From positions 188,546 to 252,545 of the forward strand of contig NZ_CP032157.1 of assembly GCF_003555545.1 (NCBI RefSeq): a DNA stretch of 64,000 nt, given 5' to 3'. Shown in pieces: positions 1-8,657 of this stretch. Position 1 is the first letter of the stretch; the number at the start of each line of letters is the position of its first letter. The translations under genes were made by a program, and so were the position numbers. Source of the DNA: Paraflavitalea soli. GTDB taxonomy: Bacteria > Bacteroidota > Bacteroidia > Chitinophagales > Chitinophagaceae. The notes below the pieces were generated by a model. The model had not been told where the DNA came from. It did no database searches and worked only from the letters and a program-made list of their open reading frames with translations.

Positions 1-744
1 TGTGGGCTTTTTCGTTACTACATTGTACAGACCACTGGGATCACCATTGGCGAGCATAAAGCCTGCCGGTCCTTTCACAAACTCGATATGGTCCACTATG
101 CTCATGTCTTCCGTAAGTGGCCCCCAGAAAGAGCTCACCACATTGAAGCCATTGCGGAATGCCTGTATCTGCGATCCGCGCATGTGGATATTGGCATAGA
201 GATCGCCCCAGTGTTCCAGGCGCACAGCGCCGCTGATATTGCGGATCACGCCATCACTCATGCTGATCACCTGTTGATCGGCCAGGTTGGCGCTGGTGAC
301 TACCTGTATATTCTGCGGTGCTTCCAGCAGCGGTTCATTCAGCCGCAGAGAGGCCGACCCTTGTCTTGCATTATACACGCCCCGGCTCGATTTGATAATA
401 ATTTCTTCCAGCTGTTGGTTCGACACACGCATGGAAAGGTCAACCGTCACCGTTTTATGCTCTTCCACCGTCACACTTTTCACAACACTTTCATAGCCCA
501 CCAGTGTTGCTTCCAGCTCATAGCTGCCCGGCTTTACACCGCGCAGGGTAAAATGCCCCTGCTCATCCGTAGAAGCCGTTTTCTTGCTTCCTTTCAATTG
601 TACCGTTACCCAGGCTGCGGGTTTGTTATCGTTCGTAGTAATATGTCCCTTAATGCTTCCTGTGCCCGGCTGCGCCCAGGCGGGCATGGCCGCGATCAAC
701 CAAAGACCGGCCAGTAATAAAGCTGCGTAGCGTTGCATATGCAT
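1..744 (-). CDS. TonB-dependent receptor, N-terminal part (partial, runs off window start); signal peptide + carboxypeptidase-regulatory-like + plug region
   Basis: Reverse-complement translation from ATG at 744 (or 738) gives MHMQRYAALLLAGLWLIAAMPAWAQ.. signal peptide, then 'TGSIKGHITTNDNKPAAWVTVQLKG..ESVVKSVTV' (CarbopepD_reg-like) and 'DHIEFVKGPAG' plug-like motif. The + strand ORF 88..717 is the antisense shadow. Confidence 0.75.
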   Translation of the reverse strand, partial: MHMQRYAALLLAGLWLIAAMPAWAQPGTGSIKGHITTNDNKPAAWVTVQLKGSKKTASTDEQGHFTLRGVKPGSYELEATLVGYESVVKSVTVEEHKTVTVDLSMRVSNQQLEEIIIKSSRGVYNARQGSASLRLNEPLLEAPQNIQVVTSANLADQQVISMSDGVIRNISGAVRLEHWGDLYANIHMRGSQIQAFRNGFNVVSSFWGPLTEDMSIVDHIEFVKGPAGFMLANGDPSGLYNVVTKKPT

Positions 745-1155
745 AGTCTGAATTTAGTAATGTGCGCAAGGTAGCCGTGGCAGGAGGCTCATGCTGTATG
801 CAACCGGAAATTCTGTTTACGCAATTGGGAAATCATAAAAAGCGCCTGAGAACAGTGGTTTTCAATGATGCGCTTTGCCTGGAATAAAATCTTCTTCCAG
901 CCACAGGGCCTGCGCTTTCAGCCGGAGCATGCTTTTCCTGATGCGCCTGGTGATATAGATGAGCACGGGGATAAAGATGCTGGGAAAGGAAACATGATCG
1001 CTGGGCTTCCGGGCCTCTACCGGGCTTTCTTTCTTTGTATGGGACCGCAACCTGCCCGACAGGGATTATTTTGAGCAGCTCATTGCCAGTTGCCGGCAAT
1101 GCCGGTCACTATGCAGGTGTATTGGGCGATCAGCGTACCTACGGCTTTACCCCTT

Positions 1156-1204
1156 TTGTTGTCAGGGTGAGCCACCTTTTAAAGGCGACCCACCCTGACA
1201 ACAA
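1156..1204. repeat. REP-like palindromic element: perfect 14-bp inverted repeat TTGTTGTCAGGGTG / CACCCTGACAACAA with inner GGGTGAGCC..GGCGACCC sub-palindrome
   Basis: Direct reading of 1156-1169 vs 1191-1204. The core (GGGTGAGCC / GGCGACCCACCC) recurs, inverted, at 23691-23723. Confidence 0.6.
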
Positions 1205-1392
1205 ATGCTAACAGCTAAATGCTAATATTTTAATGTGGAAAGCCCGTAATTGGTAATTAATTATTGTATTTTCATATAGCAGGTATGCATACCATTATTC
1301 CCTCCATTCATCTTCGTGAAAGACTTCTTTCTGTTGCCTTGATGTAAACATCCTCCCCGGGAAACGTATTTATTCATCATTAAACCTTAACA

Positions 1393-2223
1393 ATGAAACA
1401 TTATTCATTCATGTTATGGCTATCCCTTGCCATATTTTTAGCAGCCTGCAATAAAAATGATTGTCCTCCCGGCCAGGAATTATGGCAGGTAAGCTCATCA
1501 GACAGAATTTCAAAGTACCAATACAAGTACGACCACAACCGTTCGCTCATCCAGATTACGAAACTGCCCTGGAGCTTTGGTCCTAATTGGATATTGACCA
1601 ACGATCAGCTTAAAAGGCCCCTGACCCTGCGCGACTCGATCCAGACATTCTATGATCAGTTCATTTACCAGGGCGGAAGGCTTATCCGGATTGAGGGGCA
1701 TACAGGGCCCAACACACCCGGCACGCCCCATACCTTTTTTACCTATGACAATAAGGGGCGTATCATCAAAAAGCAGGGGAGTGCCAATTATTATGCTTAT
1801 GTGAAGTATGAATATGAAGGCAATTCACGCAACTTTAAGCGTGCTTTGTTCTACAACAATCCCCCGGCTGCAAAAGCCAGCCAGGAACCGGATGCTGCGC
1901 TGATATTGGAGTATACCTATGACAACAAGATAAATCCATTCTCCACCTTCCTGTATACGGATGTTATTCCTTTTTGGGATACCGAGTACATGGGCGGCAC
2001 TTTTTATGATCCCATCGTGCCCAATAATGTGGTCAATCAGAAATTCTGGGGAAAGGTAGATACCGGCTATTTTAAATTCTCGGAGTATGATTATACCTAT
2101 GTGTACGATCACAACTACCCGGTAAGCCATATCCTGCGGCAGACCGCTTACAATGATGATGGTACGATCGCTTTCCAGAGCACCGATCCCGGCGCACATA
2201 CCTACGATAAGTTTCCAAGATAG
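1393..2223 (+). CDS. hypothetical lipoprotein with YD/Rhs-like short repeats
   Basis: Signal peptide + lipobox (LAIFLAAC). Recurrent 'YxYDxxGR', 'YEYEG', 'EYTYDNK', 'YDYTYVYDHN' motifs. 276-aa ORF. Confidence 0.6.
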   Translation: MKHYSFMLWLSLAIFLAACNKNDCPPGQELWQVSSSDRISKYQYKYDHNRSLIQITKLPWSFGPNWILTNDQLKRPLTLRDSIQTFYDQFIYQGGRLIRIEGHTGPNTPGTPHTFFTYDNKGRIIKKQGSANYYAYVKYEYEGNSRNFKRALFYNNPPAAKASQEPDAALILEYTYDNKINPFSTFLYTDVIPFWDTEYMGGTFYDPIVPNNVVNQKFWGKVDTGYFKFSEYDYTYVYDHNYPVSHILRQTAYNDDGTIAFQSTDPGAHTYDKFPR

Positions 2224-2274
2224 ATGTGAAGGATGATCTGGCCCCGGACTGCACATGCAGTTCGGGGCCATTAT

Positions 2275-3255
2275 CTAGGCCGGTACTTCGGCCGTATTAA
2301 GCAGGGGGAGTGTGTGAGAGACAGGGAGTGTTGGAGCACTTATTTCATTTTTCTTTACCCGGGCTACATCGATCGGATCACCAAACAGGAAGAACAATTT
2401 CTGTTTGAATCCTTTGGCCCCTTTCATGTCCTTCCAGATGTCGGAATACTCATGGAAGTTGAGGTACAGGGGATTCATCTTATGTTCAACAGGGCTGGTA
2501 ATGCCATATTCGGCCTGCTCTTCTTCTGGCTGGTAAGTGCCAAACAGGCGATCCCAGAAAATGAAGGTGGCGCCGTAGTTCTTGTTGATGTACTTCTCCT
2601 GCGAGCCATGGTGCACGCGGTGATTGGACGGCGTGGCAAACAGGTATTCGATCACCGGATGTAGTTTGCGGATGTACTCGGTATGCACCCAAAACTGGAA
2701 CAGTACAGCGATCTGGCTGGTGATAAAGAATATAATGGGGTGAAAGCTGAGGGCCATCACCGGCATAAAGAAGATCAGCTTCAGGTTTTGCATCCAGCTT
2801 AAACGGAAAGATACGGTGAGGTTGTACTGTTCACTGCTGTGGTGTACCACATGCGTGGCCCACCAAAAACGCTGTTGGTGCGATATGCGGTGCGACCAGT
2901 AACTGGCCAGGTCGAAAATAAGATAACAGGGAATAAGCGTCCACCACCGGAAGTGCATGCGCCAGGGGATCGCATTATAGATCAGGATGACAATGTAGAA
3001 CATGCTTACTTTTAATAAAGTATTAATGATCACATTGCCTACGCCTACACAAATAGAGCCGATGCTGTCTTTCTTTTCATACAGCTGGTGATTTTGTTTT
3101 TTCGAAATATACCATTCGATCAATACAAAAAGAAACATGACCGGGGCTGCCCAAATGATGATGTTGGGGGTATGCTGCTCGATCTCATCCATTGAACTAA
3201 ACTCAATCTGGGGGGCGCGGAAAATATCAACAAAACCAAAGAATTTTAAAAGCAT
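2275..3255 (-). CDS. sterol desaturase / fatty-acid hydroxylase family membrane protein
   Basis: Histidine boxes 'HRISHQQ', 'HVVHHSSEQYN', 'HRVHHGS'; multiple TM segments. 326 aa. Confidence 0.8.
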   Translation of the reverse strand: MLLKFFGFVDIFRAPQIEFSSMDEIEQHTPNIIIWAAPVMFLFVLIEWYISKKQNHQLYEKKDSIGSICVGVGNVIINTLLKVSMFYIVILIYNAIPWRMHFRWWTLIPCYLIFDLASYWSHRISHQQRFWWATHVVHHSSEQYNLTVSFRLSWMQNLKLIFFMPVMALSFHPIIFFITSQIAVLFQFWVHTEYIRKLHPVIEYLFATPSNHRVHHGSQEKYINKNYGATFIFWDRLFGTYQPEEEQAEYGITSPVEHKMNPLYLNFHEYSDIWKDMKGAKGFKQKLFFLFGDPIDVARVKKNEISAPTLPVSHTLPLLNTAEVPA

Positions 3256-3609
3256 AAAGCAATACGTTGATCTTTTTTATAGGGTTACAATAATATCCGA
3301 TACCTGTATGAAATACAATTATTAACCTGGCTCCTTTTAACCACGCCAGATAAACGCAGGTAAAGAAAGATTGTTGTGATTCATGGAATCAGTAGGAGAG
3401 GAGATGAGAACCAACCAACTTATGGATAACCAGTAAGAAGATGTATTAATAAAACAATGTATATCTCTTCGCTGCCAATTAACCCAAGATACCCAAACCC
3501 AGCATGCGGGCAAAATTAAAATTCTGACAGCCTGGCGGCGATCGGCTCCCTGTAGTGCAGGCTAGGGGAAAACGGTGATCAAGATCAACCGGGCATGTTT
3601 GAAAGTCAG

Positions 3610-4806
3610 TTAAGCAGGAATAGCTATACACTGCCGGGCAATCTCCAGTTCTTCATTGGTGGGGATCACCAATATTTTCACGGGCCTGGCGCCGCTATGG
3701 ATAGCGCGGATGCCGGTAGCAGGCAGCCCGTTCAGTACAGGATCGATCTCAATGCCCAGGTGCGACAAGCCATCGCACACCAGGGCGCGCATGCTGCTGT
3801 CATGTTCACCCACACCGGCAGTAAAGAGCAAGGCATCCAATCCATTGAGTACAGCGATATAGGAGCCGATGTATCTTTTAATGCGGTAAGCATAGAGCCT
3901 GCGCGCAAACTGCGCCTCGCCGTCGCCTTCTTCAGCTGCCTTGTCTATATCGCGCATATCATGGCGCCCGGTTAATCCTTGCAGGCCCGATCGTTTGTTC
4001 AGCAATTGGTCAACATATGCTGTACTATACCCATGGTGTGTCATCAGGTGCAATAACACCGAGGGATCGATATCACCGCTGCGTGTACCCATTACCAGTC
4101 CACTCACCGGGCTGAATCCCATGCTGGTGTCCAATGACCTTGCACCTTCCACAGCTGCTGCACTACAGCCATTGCCCAAATGCAAACTGATCATTTTGGC
4201 CTGTGGGAGATCGAGAAAGTCCCGGGCTTGTTCTGTCACATATTTGTGGCTGATGCCGTGGAATCCGTAGGCGCGTATTTTGTCCTGTTCATAGTAAGCG
4301 TGGGGGATGGCATACCGGGCAGCTTCCGGAGGCAGCTCATGATGAAAGGCAGTATCAAATACAGCCACTTGTTTTGCTGCCGGGAAAAAATCAGCGGCCA
4401 CTTCCAGGCAACGGAGGTTGATGGGGTTATGAAGCGGCGCGAAAGGAAACAGCTCTTTGATCTTTTCCCTGACTGCCGGCGTAACAATAGTAGCCGATGA
4501 AAATGATTCCCCGCCATGAACCACACGATGGCCCACGAGGGCTACTTCTTCGGGACTTTGAATGACACCCTGTTCCGGATGGCACAGCAATGATACCACC
4601 TGCTGCATGGCGGCTGCATGATCGGGTAAGGCGTGCTGCTGTTCCGTCGTTTGATCTTTTCCATTAACGGAGCGGGTAATATGGATGGAAGCCTCCGCTT
4701 CTCCGATCCTTTCTGCGATGCCCGAGCAAAGCACCTGTTCCCCGGGCATGTCAAAAAGCCGGAACTTCAGTGAACTGCTGCCTGCATTGATGACCAATAC
4801 TTTCAT
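3610..4806 (-). CDS. ackA: acetate kinase
   Basis: N-terminus 'MKVLVINAGSSSLKFRLFDM' is the canonical acetate/propionate kinase signature. 398 aa; 17 nt downstream of phosphoketolase, same strand. Confidence 0.95.
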   Translation of the reverse strand: MKVLVINAGSSSLKFRLFDMPGEQVLCSGIAERIGEAEASIHITRSVNGKDQTTEQQHALPDHAAAMQQVVSLLCHPEQGVIQSPEEVALVGHRVVHGGESFSSATIVTPAVREKIKELFPFAPLHNPINLRCLEVAADFFPAAKQVAVFDTAFHHELPPEAARYAIPHAYYEQDKIRAYGFHGISHKYVTEQARDFLDLPQAKMISLHLGNGCSAAAVEGARSLDTSMGFSPVSGLVMGTRSGDIDPSVLLHLMTHHGYSTAYVDQLLNKRSGLQGLTGRHDMRDIDKAAEEGDGEAQFARRLYAYRIKRYIGSYIAVLNGLDALLFTAGVGEHDSSMRALVCDGLSHLGIEIDPVLNGLPATGIRAIHSGARPVKILVIPTNEELEIARQCIAIPA

Positions 4807-4822
4807 GGTGATGAGGCCCTGT

Positions 4823-7213
4823 TTAAAATTTCCAATGCCAATCCCTGATCTCAGGCATGTCCACTCCGTGCTTATTGATGTAATTGCGGTGCGCGATCAG
4901 TTTGTCCTGCATGGCCTGCTTCAGGTAGGAAGCATGACTGCCCAGGGCGGGTAAACGGTCGATGACATCCTGTACCAGGTGAAACCGGTCGAGGTCATTC
5001 AGCACCGTCATATCAAAAGGAGTAGTGATGGTGCCCTCTTCTTTATAACCGCGCACGTGGATATTAAAGTGATTGGTGCGTTTGTAGGTCAGCCGGTGAA
5101 TGAGCCAGGGATAACCATGGAAAGCAAAGATCACTGGTTTGTCCTTCGTAAACAGCGCGTCAAAATCATTGTCATTTAATCCATGCGGGTGCTCTGTGAT
5201 GGGTTGTAACTTCATAAGGTCTACCACATTCACCACCCGTATCTTCAGGTCGGGCAATTGTTCCCGCAGGATCGAAACGGCGGCCAGTGTTTCCAGCGTG
5301 GGTACATCACCGGCGCATACCATCACTACATCGGGGTCGGCTCCTGCATCATTGCTGGCCCAGGTCCAGATGCCGATCCCTTTGGTGCAGTGTATGCGCG
5401 TCTCCTGCATGGTGAGCCATTGTGGTGAGGGATGTTTGCCAGCCACTACCACATTTACATAATGCCGGCTTTTGAGGCAATGGTCCATCACCGATAGCAG
5501 GCAGTTGGCATCCGGCGGTAAGTATACCCGCACCACTGATGCTTTTTTATTAACGACATGATCAATAAAACCAGGGTCCTGGTGGGTAAAGCCATTGTGA
5601 TCCTGCCGCCACACATGCGAAGACAGCAGTATATTGAGGGAGGGCAGTTTCCTGCGCCATTGGAGGTGGGCCGTCATCTTGAGCCATTTGGCATGCTGGT
5701 TGAACATGGAGTCCACAATATGTATAAATGCTTCATAGCAATTGAACAGTCCATGGCGGCCAGTGAGCAAATACCCTTCGAGCCAACCTTCACACTGGTG
5801 TTCACTCAGCATTTCCAACACACGGCCATCCCGCTGCTGGTACTCATCACCAGGTGCTGTTTCGCCCAGCCATTGCCGGTTGGTAGTCTCAAATACGGCC
5901 TGTAACTTATTGGACAAGGTTTCATCGGGCCCAAATAACCGGAAATTGCGGTGGTCCTCATTCAGTTTCATCACATCCCGGATAAACGCGCCTAACACAT
6001 AGGTATCGCCGGGTCCCCTTTCACTGCGTGTACGTACAGGCAGGCCATACTTTGAAAAGTCGGGCATGCGCAGGTCCTGCAATTTGCCGCCATGTGCATG
6101 GGGATTGGCCCCCATTCTTTTGTCACCGGCAGGGGCCAGTGCAGCGAGTGCAGGCAGCAGAGCGCCCTGTTCATCAAAGAGCTCTTCCGGCTTATAACTC
6201 CGCAGCCAGGCTTCCAGTTGTTGTAAATGCCTGGGGTGCCTGGCCGGATCATTCAAGGGTACCTGGTGCGAACGAAAACTGCCTTCCACCGGATGATCAT
6301 CCACTGTTTTCGGGCCTGTCCATCCTTTGGGCGATCTTAGTATGATCATGGGCCAGCAGGGGCGGGGAGCATCGGGCTGTTGCGCTGCCTGTTGCCTGAT
6401 GGCTTTGATCTCTGCTATCACGGTATCCAGCGTCTGCATCATCAGCTCATGCATCAGCATCGGATCATCGCCTTCTATCCAATAGGGATTCCAGCCATAT
6501 CCTTTAAAAAGCCAGGTCAGTTCTTCGTGGCTGATCCTGGCCAGCACAGTTGGATTGGCGATCTTATAGCCATTGAGGTGCAGGATGGGCAATACCACCC
6601 CATCCGTTACCGGGTTCAGGAATTTGTTGCTATGCCAGGCCGTTGCCAGCGGTCCCGTTTCAGCTTCTCCATCACCTACCACACAGGCAACAGTCAAAGA
6701 AGGATTGTCAAATACTGCCCCAAATGCGTGGCTCAGGGAATAACCCAGTTCTCCTCCCTCATGCATCGAGCCGGGACATTCCGGCGATACATGGCTGGGA
6801 ATACCTCCCGGAAAAGAGAATTGCCGGAAAAGCTTTTTGAGGCCTTCCTCATCCCGGGTAATATCAGGATAGATCTCTGAGTAAGTGCCTTCCAGGTAGG
6901 TGTTGGCTACCATGGCCGGGCCTCCGTGACCCGGACCTGAGATGTACAACATATTCAGGTCATGTTGTTTGATCACCCGGTTCAGGTGTACATAGATGAA
7001 GTTTTGCCCGGGTGTGGTGCCCCAGTGGCCCAATAACATTTGCTTGATGTGTTCGATCTTCAGGGGCTCCTTCATCAGGGGATTATCGCACAGGTAGATC
7101 TGGCCCACTGATAAATAGTTGGCAGCCCGCCAATAAGCATCCATCTTGTGTAAGAGTTCCGTGTCGGTTGAAGAAGAAGGGACTTCCTGGTGTTGTGCTG
7201 CTGTGCTGGTCAT
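4823..7213 (-). CDS. xfp: xylulose-5-phosphate/fructose-6-phosphate phosphoketolase (ThDP-dependent)
   Basis: 796 aa. '[11 protein letters not shown]', '[20 protein letters not shown]', 'GPGHGGPA' motifs typical of XFP phosphoketolases. Operonic with ackA. Confidence 0.95.
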   Translation of the reverse strand: MTSTAAQHQEVPSSSTDTELLHKMDAYWRAANYLSVGQIYLCDNPLMKEPLKIEHIKQMLLGHWGTTPGQNFIYVHLNRVIKQHDLNMLYISGPGHGGPAMVANTYLEGTYSEIYPDITRDEEGLKKLFRQFSFPGGIPSHVSPECPGSMHEGGELGYSLSHAFGAVFDNPSLTVACVVGDGEAETGPLATAWHSNKFLNPVTDGVVLPILHLNGYKIANPTVLARISHEELTWLFKGYGWNPYWIEGDDPMLMHELMMQTLDTVIAEIKAIRQQAAQQPDAPRPCWPMIILRSPKGWTGPKTVDDHPVEGSFRSHQVPLNDPARHPRHLQQLEAWLRSYKPEELFDEQGALLPALAALAPAGDKRMGANPHAHGGKLQDLRMPDFSKYGLPVRTRSERGPGDTYVLGAFIRDVMKLNEDHRNFRLFGPDETLSNKLQAVFETTNRQWLGETAPGDEYQQRDGRVLEMLSEHQCEGWLEGYLLTGRHGLFNCYEAFIHIVDSMFNQHAKWLKMTAHLQWRRKLPSLNILLSSHVWRQDHNGFTHQDPGFIDHVVNKKASVVRVYLPPDANCLLSVMDHCLKSRHYVNVVVAGKHPSPQWLTMQETRIHCTKGIGIWTWASNDAGADPDVVMVCAGDVPTLETLAAVSILREQLPDLKIRVVNVVDLMKLQPITEHPHGLNDNDFDALFTKDKPVIFAFHGYPWLIHRLTYKRTNHFNIHVRGYKEEGTITTPFDMTVLNDLDRFHLVQDVIDRLPALGSHASYLKQAMQDKLIAHRNYINKHGVDMPEIRDWHWKF

Positions 7214-7366
7214 GGCTTGATTTTAGTGCATAAATTTCCCAGCAGGAATCAGCATAAATTTCATGCCCGGTTTCATCCCCGGGCCAGCCTGGTTGTCCTT
7301 TGTAAGCGGCAATCCCCTTTCATGGCTGATGGCATACGCTTTGATCTCAAAGATCAATTATAGCCC

Positions 7367-8020
7367 ATGAAACACTTTCCCACACAATATATTGCCTGGC
7401 TTCGATCAATCGTACCGGCCAAGGTCAGCGGTAAACATACAGTTACCACCACCCGGTATATGGCCCACAATCGTATAGAGGCGGAAGCATATTATCTTAT
7501 TGCCGCCGGAAGGTTATTGGATGTAAACCATTGGCAGCAGTGGGCCGGCAAGGCAACTGCTGCCTTCCAACTGGTAGATGCATACGGCCGCGAACAATAC
7601 AGGTCCGTGCAGAAAGGCGATTACTTTCGTATTGGCATCCCGGCCCCCGCCAATCCTGATGGTAAAGGCGACGATTGGGTACAAGTGCAGGAAGTAGGAG
7701 CGCGCAACACCGGGCAGCAATCGCTTACCTATATTACAGTAAGGGCAGCCCTCAGTCCACTTAAGCAGGAAGACAGCGCTTCCCATTTTTTCGATCGCAC
7801 TGCTACTTCCACCTTCCTGGTTTACCAGGAAAACTGCGAACTGATCGCTGCCGTTTATGGTCGCAACGAACATCCCAACAGCAATAGCAGCCAACTGATC
7901 ACCCGCCTGCGTAATTGGCTCGTGTACATCGGTGCCCGCCTCGGGCTGTCTGCCTTACAATGGCAAAGTCTTACAAAAGGATTGCTGCAATTTTCAGGGC
8001 CCGTGTCCGGTAAGGGGTAA
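7367..8020 (+). CDS. hypothetical protein (217 aa, no recognisable domain)
   Basis: Long ORF with normal codon usage; no motif recognised. Confidence 0.5.
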   Translation: MKHFPTQYIAWLRSIVPAKVSGKHTVTTTRYMAHNRIEAEAYYLIAAGRLLDVNHWQQWAGKATAAFQLVDAYGREQYRSVQKGDYFRIGIPAPANPDGKGDDWVQVQEVGARNTGQQSLTYITVRAALSPLKQEDSASHFFDRTATSTFLVYQENCELIAAVYGRNEHPNSNSSQLITRLRNWLVYIGARLGLSALQWQSLTKGLLQFSGPVSGKG

Positions 8021-8041
8021 TGTCAATTACACCTACCTGGC

Positions 8042-8464
8042 TTATTCTCCCCAGGCCGTAATGACAATCCTTCTGCTGCCGCCACGATTGCGGTGTTCGC
8101 ACAGGTAGATGCCCTGCCAGATGCCGAGCGCCAGCTGACCGCCTACAATGGGGATCATGACCGAACTGCCCAGCACAGCAGCTTTCAGGTGCGCCGGCAT
8201 ATCGTCGGGCCCTTCGTCATTGTGTACATAATCGGGATCGTTTTCCGGAATGGCTTTGTTGAACCAGGTTTCGAAGTCTTGCCGTACGGTGGGATCGGCA
8301 TTCTCATTGATGGTAAGTGAAGCGGAAGTATGTTGAATGAATACCTGGCATATGCCCGATCGCAGCTGGCTGATGGCGGGTAAGGCATTTACCACTTCCT
8401 GCGTGATCAGATGAAAGCCCCTGCGTCTTTCCCTCAATGCCAGTATTTGCTGATAGATCTTCAT
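8042..8464 (-). CDS. YjbQ/UPF0047 family protein (secondary thiamine-phosphate synthase enzyme-like)
   Basis: 'GFHLITQEV...VFIQHTSASLTINENADPTVRQDFE...GPDDMPAHLKAAVLGSS..IPIV.GQLALGIWQGIYLCEHR' matches the YjbQ family. Start taken at internal Met (MKIYQQ) at 8464; the ORF extends to 8548. Confidence 0.8.
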   Translation of the reverse strand: MKIYQQILALRERRRGFHLITQEVVNALPAISQLRSGICQVFIQHTSASLTINENADPTVRQDFETWFNKAIPENDPDYVHNDEGPDDMPAHLKAAVLGSSVMIPIVGGQLALGIWQGIYLCEHRNRGGSRRIVITAWGE

Positions 8465-8620
8465 GCTGCAAATTACGACATACAGCCTGAATGGTACATG
8501 AAGAACCAGCGCTAAACTAAATTCAAATGATCTCCCTGTTATGGGCAAATAAGGAACTGGCTCCTCTGGCCGGTAGCGGGAGGAGCATCCTCATGCTGTC
8601 TGCTCAGGTAAGACACCGGG

Positions 8621-8648
8621 AAAGACCAAAAGCCTCCAACCCGGAGGC
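8621..8648 (-). terminator. putative intrinsic terminator of the SIR2-like gene
   Basis: GCCTCC-AACCC-GGAGGC hairpin (8632-8648), followed on the minus strand by a TTTTGGTCTTT run; 10 nt past the stop at 8658. Confidence 0.45.
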
Positions 8649-8657
8649 AATTATGAC

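Noticed and set aside
88-717. 209-aa + strand ORF at window start (and 287..496)
   Set aside because: Antisense shadow of the minus-strand TonB-dependent receptor N-terminus, whose translation shows a clean signal peptide and receptor motifs; the + ORF product is low-complexity His/Arg-rich.
862-1050. 62-aa minus ORF (and overlapping 865..1074 +) between the TonB receptor start and the lipoprotein gene
   Set aside because: Overlapping ORFs on both strands in a promoter-like region; no motif. Could be a small membrane peptide but evidence is insufficient.
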